A DNA stretch of 34,212 nucleotides from Patescibacteria group bacterium (GTDB lineage: Bacteria > Patescibacteriota > Patescibacteriia > Patescibacteriales > UBA12465): contig JAQUAK010000001.1 of NCBI GenBank assembly GCA_028687275.1, positions 1 to 34,212 on the forward strand, written 5' to 3'. Shown piece after piece: positions 15,187 through 21,623 of the stretch (position 1 is the first letter of the stretch; every line of letters starts with the position of its first letter). Made by a program: the position numbers and the translations under genes. Under the pieces are notes generated by a model that had not been told where the DNA came from, did no database searches, and saw nothing but the letters and a program-made list of their open reading frames with translations.

Positions 15187-17442
15187 TTAGAAGCGTGGAC
15201 GACGTGGAGTGCTATCACTACCTTGTGAGCGACCATTATTTGGCCGGCTAAAGCCATTTGAACGACCATCACTAGTTGATTTACCTTTTTCATCCTTCCA
15301 CATGGCCTCGTTTTCATTTATACCTTTCATACTCAAATTGATACGACCTTGGTCGTCAATCTCCTTGATTTTAACGGTAACAATATCGCCAATAGTAAGG
15401 AAATCACTAGGCTTTTCTACTCTGTATGGAGCTAATTCACTAACATGAACCATGCCATCTTGACTGGCATTTAATTCAACAAAAGCTCCAAAATCTAAGA
15501 TTCTAACAACTTTGCCTTTTAATATTTCACCAGCTTCGAAGACGTGAACAATTTCTTTGACTTGTCTGACGGCCTCCTGGACTTTTATAGGGTCAGTTCC
15601 ACAAATCATCACTAAGCCGTCATCGTCAATATCAATGCTAACACCGGTTTCATCAATAATTTTGTTAATAATCTTGCCGCCGGGACCAATAATAGCGCCA
15701 ATCTTTTCAGTATCAACGTGAAAACTGATAATTCTTGGGGCATAAGGTGAAAGTTCAGCTCTAGGACTAGGAATAGCTTTAACAATTATTTCTAAGATAT
15801 TGTTTAACGCTTCACGTCCTTGTTTGAAAGTTTGGCTGATAATTTCTGGCATCAAGCCTTCAGTTTTTGTATCTAATTGAATAGCAGTGATGCCGGTAGA
15901 GGTGCCAGTAATCTTAAAGTCCATACCACCATTACCATCTTCTAGGTCTTGAATATCAGTTAAAACTTTCCATTTGCTCATATCAGGATAGGAGGCTAGA
16001 CCCATAGCAATGCCAACTACTGGACGTTTAATGGGTACACCAGCGTCCATTAGGGCTAAAGTAGAAGCACAAGTTGAGGCCATCGAAGATGATCCGTTCG
16101 AACCTAAAGTTTCACTAACAACGCGAACGGTGTAAGGAAATTCTTCTTTAGTAGGAATTACTGGAATTAGAGCTTTTTCAGCTAAAGCGCCATGACCGAT
16201 TTCGCGACGACCAGTTCCACGTAAAGGGGAGGCTTCGCCTACAGAATATGGAGGGAAATTATAATGATGCATGTAACGCTTCTTGCTCACACCTTCAATA
16301 CCTTCTAAGGATTGTTCCATGCCAGGGGCACCTAAAGTAACAATAGACATTACTTGAGTCTCGCCACGGGAGAATAAAGAGGTGCCGTGATCACGAGGGA
16401 TCAAAGCTACTTCAGCGTTTAAATCTCTAATTTCATTGATAGCCCTGCCATCAACACGGCGGCCGTCTTCTAAAATTGCTTTGGTTATTTCTTCATCAAC
16501 TGCTTTCTCAACTAGTGATTTAATAACAGAATCGCGTTTATCAGCGCTAATATTTTTAGCAAATAAATAAGCATCAAGCTGTTCTTTAATAGCAGTAACA
16601 GCCGCTTTTCTCTCCCCTTTACTGTAATATTCTTTATTAAAAAGAATCTTATTTACATTTTCCTTTAACCAAACCTCTCCATCTTTTAAGAGTTCTTTCT
16701 TTTCTGCTTCATTTTTTATATCTTCCTCACTCTTAAGTACTTGTTTTTCATGGGTTACTTTTGGAGTAACTTCTTGTTGTAGTTTTTTAATTAAATCAAT
16801 CGCTGGTTGCATTTTTGATTGACCAGCAATAATAGCTTCATACATTACATCTTCTGAAATTTCGTTAGCATTAGCTTCAATCATTATAGATTTAGAACTT
16901 GTACCAGCTACAATCACATCGATATCACTTTTAGCCACTTGTTCGTAGGTTGGATTAAAAACAAATTCATTTTCTATTCTACCAACTCTAATGCCACCAA
17001 TCGGTCCATTCCAGCCAACATTAGCAATAGATAAAGCAGCTGATGCCGCTACTAAGGAGACGACATCGTGATCATTTTCTTGATCAACTGATAAGACGGT
17101 AACAATCACTTGAACGTCGCGCTTGTCTTCTTGATTAAAAAGAGGACGAATGGAGCGATCAATCATACGTCCGGTTAAAACTGATTCATCAGTAGGACGA
17201 CCTTCACGTTTGACCCAACGAGAACCTTTAATTATGCCAGCGGCATAAAGTTTTTCTTGAAATTCCACCATTAAAGGGAAGAAATCAATCCCTGTACGAG
17301 CGACTTTATTTTGAACAACAGTAGCCATAACCACTGTTTCACCGTATTGGACGATGACGGCAGCATCAGCTTGGAGGGCTAATTTGCCTGTTTTCATGAT
17401 GAGTTGGCGGCCAAGCCAATCACAACTTACAATTTTTTCCAT
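15187..17442 (-). CDS. pnp: Polyribonucleotide nucleotidyltransferase (PNPase)
   Basis: Two RNase PH domains, KH (IGPGGKIINKI) and S1 (GKVVRILDFGAFVEL). A C-terminal Arg/Gly/Ser-rich tail follows. Confidence 0.97.
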   Translation of the reverse strand: MEKIVSCDWLGRQLIMKTGKLALQADAAVIVQYGETVVMATVVQNKVARTGIDFFPLMVEFQEKLYAAGIIKGSRWVKREGRPTDESVLTGRMIDRSIRPLFNQEDKRDVQVIVTVLSVDQENDHDVVSLVAASAALSIANVGWNGPIGGIRVGRIENEFVFNPTYEQVAKSDIDVIVAGTSSKSIMIEANANEISEDVMYEAIIAGQSKMQPAIDLIKKLQQEVTPKVTHEKQVLKSEEDIKNEAEKKELLKDGEVWLKENVNKILFNKEYYSKGERKAAVTAIKEQLDAYLFAKNISADKRDSVIKSLVEKAVDEEITKAILEDGRRVDGRAINEIRDLNAEVALIPRDHGTSLFSRGETQVMSIVTLGAPGMEQSLEGIEGVSKKRYMHHYNFPPYSVGEASPLRGTGRREIGHGALAEKALIPVIPTKEEFPYTVRVVSETLGSNGSSSMASTCASTLALMDAGVPIKRPVVGIAMGLASYPDMSKWKVLTDIQDLEDGNGGMDFKITGTSTGITAIQLDTKTEGLMPEIISQTFKQGREALNNILEIIVKAIPSPRAELSPYAPRIISFHVDTEKIGAIIGPGGKIINKIIDETGVSIDIDDDGLVMICGTDPIKVQEAVRQVKEIVHVFEAGEILKGKVVRILDFGAFVELNASQDGMVHVSELAPYRVEKPSDFLTIGDIVTVKIKEIDDQGRINLSMKGINENEAMWKDEKGKSTSDGRSNGFSRPNNGRSQGSDSTPRRPRF

Positions 17443-17562
17443 AATTAATTATGCGCTTGACCTTTAAATTACAGAACTGTATTACAATCACTAAGAGTGT
17501 CCTCAAGTGGTTTACAGCGCTATCTATTTAAAGGCCAAAACTTTAATTTATTAATTTATATT

Positions 17563-18063
17563 TTAACGACCAAGAAGATATTTACGATCTGAACCTAAAT
17601 CGGTAAAATCATCAACCTCTTCAATTAGTCGTGATGAACATGTTTTTCTAAAAGCCATTACCTCAACTAAACAGCCTTTGTTATTTTGGAGGTAAGAGAC
17701 TAAAGGTAAATAATCACCATCACCGGAAACAATAATAATTACATCAAGTTTATCGGCTAATTTAATGGCATCAATAGCAATTCCAACATCCCAGTCGGCT
17801 TTTTTAGCGCCACCAGCAAATATCTGCAAATCTTTCATGCGAACCTCAAAACCTTGTTGGTTTAAGGCCTCAAAAAAGGCCGTCTCTTCTTCGCTTTCTG
17901 AGTGTATAACATAAGCAGTGGCCCGAATTAACTTTCGGTCGGCCACTGCTTTGGTAAGTATTTCTTTAAAGTTAACGCGTCTGCTATAAAGATTTTTAGC
18001 AGAATGATACATGTTTGCTACATCGACAAGAATGCCAACGCGTTGTTCTTTGTGTTTTATCAT
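17563..18063 (-). CDS. NYN-domain (LabA/DUF88-like, PIN-fold) predicted ribonuclease
   Basis: GILVDVANMY..., central ...KKADWDVGIAIDA... and ...IIVSGDGDYLPLV... form the NYN acidic-residue pattern. Starts 5 nt after the rpsO stop. Confidence 0.75.
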   Translation of the reverse strand: MIKHKEQRVGILVDVANMYHSAKNLYSRRVNFKEILTKAVADRKLIRATAYVIHSESEEETAFFEALNQQGFEVRMKDLQIFAGGAKKADWDVGIAIDAIKLADKLDVIIIVSGDGDYLPLVSYLQNNKGCLVEVMAFRKTCSSRLIEEVDDFTDLGSDRKYLLGR

Positions 18064-18068
18064 TTTAT

Positions 18069-18455
18069 TTATTTTTTGGTGTCAGTTTCACTTGCGTCAA
18101 CCTCTAAAGTATCATCTTCATCTTCAGTCGCAACTACATATTTCTTTTCCTTGGCCTTTTCTTCATCTTCTTCGGCCTGTAGTTTCTGAGCGATTCTTAA
18201 TTTTAACTTGGTGGCTAATTCTTTAAACTGATCACTGTTTTCTTTTTGTAAATATTTGAGAAGCTTACGTCTTTCACTAACTTTCTTTAATAAACCGCGA
18301 CGTGAAGAGTAGTCATGCTTATGTTGTTTTAAATGCTCGGTTAATTCCTTAATTTCCTCAGTTAAAATAGCAATTTGAACCTGAGGAGAACCAGTATCGG
18401 TGTCGTGGACACGGTATTTTTTAATGATTTTTTCCTTTGTTTTTTTATCTAACAT
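18069..18455 (-). CDS. rpsO: 30S ribosomal protein S15 with an acidic C-terminal extension
   Basis: TGSPQVQIAILTEEIKELTEHLKQHKHDYSSRRGLLKKVSERRKLLKYL is canonical S15. About 40 extra Glu/Asp-rich residues follow. Confidence 0.9.
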   Translation of the reverse strand: MLDKKTKEKIIKKYRVHDTDTGSPQVQIAILTEEIKELTEHLKQHKHDYSSRRGLLKKVSERRKLLKYLQKENSDQFKELATKLKLRIAQKLQAEEDEEKAKEKKYVVATEDEDDTLEVDASETDTKK

Positions 18456-18519
18456 AGACTTATCGCTTTTTCCGAGAAAGGGGACTTACACCCGCCACCC
18501 AGAAGAAGTGCTGGTTAAT

Positions 18520-18780
18520 TTATTTAAGTGAATTAATTTTTTTAGCTAAACGAGATTTTTTACGATCAGCAGTTTGTTTCTTAATAACTCCCTTTTTAGC
18601 AGCCTTATCAACAGCTTTCATAATAGTTGCTAAATCATCTTTAACGCTTTTATCTTCAGCTACAATTTTTTTCAAGCTCTTCTTAACTGCAACTTTCATT
18701 GTATTTTTTACTTTGAGATTGGCAACTTCTCTCTTAACGCTTTTGCGTAATTCTTTCTTTGCCGATTTCTTGTTTGGCAT
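18520..18780 (-). CDS. rpsT: 30S ribosomal protein S20
   Basis: MPNKKSAKKELRKSVKR... is a lysine-rich helical protein with the S20 N-terminal signature. 86 aa. Confidence 0.88.
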   Translation of the reverse strand: MPNKKSAKKELRKSVKREVANLKVKNTMKVAVKKSLKKIVAEDKSVKDDLATIMKAVDKAAKKGVIKKQTADRKKSRLAKKINSLK

Positions 18781-18915
18781 ACTAGGTGATAAATTAGGTA
18801 ATTTTTTTAAAAGTATTCTTATGTTAGCACAAAACTAAATAAAAATCAAGGCTAGAGCCTCTCTAATGTTTAAAAAATTTTACTTTAAAATTAGTAAAAT
18901 TTTTATAAATTAATG

Positions 18916-18989
18916 TCGGGGTACTGGGACTTGAACCCAGAATCTCCTGCTCCCAAAGCAGGCGCCCTAGCCAATTAGGCCATACCCCG
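18916..18989 (-). tRNA. tRNA-Pro(UGG)
   Basis: Acceptor CGGGGTA/TACCCCG, anticodon arm CCTGC-TTTGGGA-GCAGG, T loop TTCAAGT. Confidence 0.9.
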
Positions 18990-19015
18990 TAATTTCCTTC
19001 ATCCTATTAGAAGTA

Positions 19016-19076
19016 AAAAGGCTATAAAGCTATAAATAAAATTTATTTAATCTTGCTTATAACTTTATAGCCTTTT
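19016..19076. repeat. 14-bp perfect inverted repeat with a 33-nt AT-rich loop, between tRNA-Phe and tRNA-Pro
   Basis: AAAAGGCTATAAAG (19016-19029) is the exact reverse complement of CTTTATAGCCTTTT (19063-19076). Confidence 0.8.
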
Positions 19077-19084
19077 ACTAATTG

Positions 19085-19406
19085 TGCCCCGGGTCAGAAT
19101 CGAACTGACGACACAAGGATTTTCCTTTATCTGAGCCTAGGTTTCCCTAGGGATTGGACTATATCATCTCCGTTCTATCACAAGAATAGAGGGCGGAGTC
19201 GGGCGCTCGCGGCGGGGTTATTGTTGGGCTCACCCGCTAGTCTCTACACCTTTTTCAATCTTAAACCCGATTGAAACTTGGCTCGGGATTGCCTTGGTAT
19301 TAGAATAATACTTTAGGTTTCCCCGAATTCACCCGATTTACATATCGATATTTCTATCGAACGGACCGAAAACCAGTCCTTTGCTCTACCACTGAGCTAC
19401 CGAGGC
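19085..19406 (-). tRNA. tRNA-Phe(GAA), split gene: exon 1 19406-19375, intron 19374-19125, exon 2 19124-19085
   Basis: Joined exons give GCCTCGG-TA-GCTC-AGTGGTA-GAGC-A-AAGGA-CTGAAAA-TCCTT-GTGTC-GTCAG-TTCGATT-CTGAC-CCGGGGC-A. This is near-colinear with E. coli tRNA-Phe (same GTGTC variable loop, A73). The acceptor and anticodon stems pair only across the insert. Confidence 0.85.
19125..19374 (-). mobile_element. Group I intron (IC3-like, ORF-less) in the anticodon loop of tRNA-Phe, between U33 and G34
   Basis: P1 pairs exon GGACU with intron GGUCC, with a U-G pair at the splice site. The terminal G is at 19125. P7 strands are GUAGAGACUAG / AUAUAGUCC. GAAA-capped hairpins are UCGAUA-GAAA-UAUCGA and CCUAGG-GAAA-CCUAGG. 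The blocks AAUUCGGGGAAACCUAAAG and GGCAAUCCCGAGCCAAGUUU resemble the Azoarcus tRNA-Ile intron (from memory). Confidence 0.85.
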
Positions 19407-19421
19407 CTGAATCTGAACTAG

Positions 19422-19494
19422 TTGCGGGAGTCGGATTCGAACCGACGACCTCCAGGTTATGGGCCTGGCGAGCTGCCAACTGCTCTATCCCGCT
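19422..19494 (-). tRNA. Initiator tRNA-fMet(CAU)
   Basis: Near-colinear with E. coli tRNA-fMet (GAGCAG..TGG.AGCTCG...CATAACC..AGGTCGTCGGTTCGAATCC...CCCGCAA). It has a 1:72 mismatch (A x A) and an A11:U24 pair. The anticodon loop reads CCCATAA. Confidence 0.85.
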
Positions 19495-19512
19495 ATATTT
19501 TAATTTTAAGAG

Positions 19513-19589
19513 TGGTGGGCAATGGAGGATTCGAACCTCCGACCTCAACATTATCAGTGTTGCGCTCTAACCAACTGAGCTAATTGCCC
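19513..19589 (-). tRNA. tRNA-Ile(GAU), CCA encoded
   Basis: Acceptor GGGCAAT/ATTGCCC, anticodon arm CAACA-CTGATAA-TGTTG, T loop TTCGAAT. Confidence 0.9.
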
Positions 19590-19814
19590 TTTATTTTAGG
19601 AAAACAACAATAAAAAATCAGTTTCTGGCAACTTATTGCTAAAATATAACAGAAGGAGAATAAAAAAGCAAGAGCTATTAAGTGATATATTGTTCAGTAA
19701 AATGTATATTAAATAAATATTGATTTAGAGGTTGTGTATTTATAAAATATTAAATGAATGAGAGCTTAAGTTTGCTTGGTTTATATAAGAGCAACAATTT
19801 TTTTATTAGATATG

Positions 19815-19842
19815 AAAAAGTCGTAAATAATTACGACTTTTT
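19815..19842 (-). terminator. Terminator after the Kazal-domain gene (hairpin symmetric, potentially bidirectional)
   Basis: 12-bp perfect stem AAAAAGTCGTAA / TTACGACTTTTT with loop ATAA. Confidence 0.7.
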
Positions 19843-19862
19843 CAAAAAATATATTTAATTAA

Positions 19863-20543
19863 TTATTTCTTTACTCCCCACAAGGCATTATTTATCGGCT
19901 TAATATTTCTGTATAGAGAGATAAATTGAGGTGCGGCAATTTTTTCTAGGCGCTCACCGTAAAGAGAATTATTATCTTTTTTGATCACTCTGAAATACTT
20001 AATTTGTTCTGGATGAGGAATTATCTCTAGGTTGCTATCCACACGAGAAATAGCAGGTTTAGAATCATCTAAATTATCTAAACGAATGCCATAGAGCGTG
20101 CCATTTTTCTTTTTCATTACCTTAAAGTATTTTATTTGTTCTGGATGAGGAATTATTTCTAATTCTTTCTGCTCATTATTCAAATCAGCGCTTGTTATCT
20201 CACATTTCCCATCATGACTAACTCCTACTATCTGTGCTAAGCATTTATTGCTATATGTTTTTCCATCTTTACCACAAACTGGCATATATTCTCTAGTGCA
20301 AAGTAATGCTTTTTCGGTCTTACACTCGCCTTCATGAGAAATTTCTTTATTTCCAGCCATACAATTATTACCATAGGTAATGCCGTCAACACCACAAACT
20401 GGCATATATTCTAAGGTGCAAGCTCTACCGGCATCTAAGCTAGTAGTGATTACCGCTTCTTCTGCCTTAGTGGCAAAAGGGGCCATAATTATAATAGTTA
20501 GGGTTAAAACAAAAAGTGGAAGAAATTTTTTTAATTTTTGCAT
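19863..20543 (-). CDS. Secreted protein: signal peptide, two Kazal-type inhibitor-like domains, then three copies of a C-terminal repeat
   Basis: Signal peptide MQKLKKFLPLFVLTLTIIIMAPFATKA. Two copies of C-x7-C-G-x-D-G-x-T-Y-x-N-x-C-x12-C (CTLEYMPVCGVDGITYGNNC...C and CTREYMPVCGKDGKTYSNKC...C). Repeats are HPEQIKYFKVMKKKNGTLYGIRL, HPEQIKYFRVIKKDNNSLYGERL and APQFISLYRNIKPINNALWGVKK. Confidence 0.8.
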   Translation of the reverse strand: MQKLKKFLPLFVLTLTIIIMAPFATKAEEAVITTSLDAGRACTLEYMPVCGVDGITYGNNCMAGNKEISHEGECKTEKALLCTREYMPVCGKDGKTYSNKCLAQIVGVSHDGKCEITSADLNNEQKELEIIPHPEQIKYFKVMKKKNGTLYGIRLDNLDDSKPAISRVDSNLEIIPHPEQIKYFRVIKKDNNSLYGERLEKIAAPQFISLYRNIKPINNALWGVKK

Positions 20544-20654
20544 AAAATTATTGATTAGTTATTTAAAAATATTATGATCAATTGAAACTTATGCTAATAC
20601 AACGTCAGATTTCAAGAAAAGTAACAATCATCATTCATGCAATTTAAGAAGTTT

Positions 20655-21623
20655 TTAGACTAGTCCGGCAATTAAAGCATAGAGTTCGCTTTTTATATCG
20701 GCGCGTCCTTGTTTATTGCGAAAATCTAAGTTTAATAGTTCGTCCCAGTATTGATTTAATTCTTCCAAAGAAAATTTATTACTTTGGCTAGCAGTCTTTT
20801 TTACAACAAAGGGGTGTAGTTTTAATTTTGAAGCAATTTGAGTCTCATTAGTTGTTCCTTGATTCTGGGCAACTTTTATTTCCAGCATGATTTTAAACTG
20901 ACGCTGGAACATAACTAAGATGTATTCGGCACTTAAGCCAGCAGCAAACTGTTCTTCTAAAAGTTGTAGGGCTAGTTTAATATTTTTTGCTCCCAGAGCG
21001 TCGGTTAAAGCAAATATATTATCATCAGCTTCGCTCTTTACCATTTCTTCAACCAAGGCTTGATCAATAATTTTTTCTCCGGCACAAGCGGTGAGTTTAG
21101 CGATTTCATTGTTAAGGCGCCAAAGGTCATTACCAACGCGGTGACATAAAAGTGAAAGGGCTTGAGTTGCTATGCTTCCTTTTTGTTTTTGAATTTCTTT
21201 TTGAGCAAAGGCCAATAAATTATTGCCGCTTAATAAAGCAAATTCTTGTACAAACGGTTGCTTCTTTAATAAATTATTTAATTTTTTTGCTTCAGCCTTT
21301 AGCTTACTAACAACAATTTCCGCTTCACTAAAAACAATAGCATTGTCATTAGCGCTAGCATTTTTGTTGCAGATATTTAAGAGGGAAGTAAAGACAGCCT
21401 CATTCTTATTTAAAAAGATGTTTTCAATTACGACCATTCTCTTCTTGGTAAATAGAGAGCCACTACTAATCTTCTCCTGCAGAATTTGTGGAGTTGTTTG
21501 AGAACCGTCGAGCACAATTAAACTTTGTCCTAAGGCGTCAACCGTCGACATGAAACGTTCTTTTAGTTCATTTAGTTTTTGACGGCGCCGAAAAGAATCA
21601 GGGCCATATAGAAAAAAGATCAT
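20655..21623 (-). CDS. holA: DNA polymerase III delta subunit (HolA-like)
   Basis: N-terminus MIFFLYGPDSFRRRQKLNEL is typical of HolA, with a helical C-terminal domain and appropriate size. The ATG at 21623 overlaps the murI TGA as ATGA. The ORF-track start at 21641 is TTG. Confidence 0.6.
   Translation of the reverse strand: MIFFLYGPDSFRRRQKLNELKERFMSTVDALGQSLIVLDGSQTTPQILQEKISSGSLFTKKRMVVIENIFLNKNEAVFTSLLNICNKNASANDNAIVFSEAEIVVSKLKAEAKKLNNLLKKQPFVQEFALLSGNNLLAFAQKEIQKQKGSIATQALSLLCHRVGNDLWRLNNEIAKLTACAGEKIIDQALVEEMVKSEADDNIFALTDALGAKNIKLALQLLEEQFAAGLSAEYILVMFQRQFKIMLEIKVAQNQGTTNETQIASKLKLHPFVVKKTASQSNKFSLEELNQYWDELLNLDFRNKQGRADIKSELYALIAGLV

Noticed and set aside
19406-19407. An extra G preceding the tRNA at 19406, suggesting a tRNA-His with G-1
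   Set aside because: The spliced anticodon is GAA, the body matches tRNA-Phe, and the discriminator is A73. The upstream G is just flanking sequence.
19354-19551. 65-aa minus-strand ORF
   Set aside because: It spans tRNA-Ile, tRNA-fMet, exon 1 of tRNA-Phe and the start of the group I intron. It is an artefact of the GC-rich structured RNA genes.
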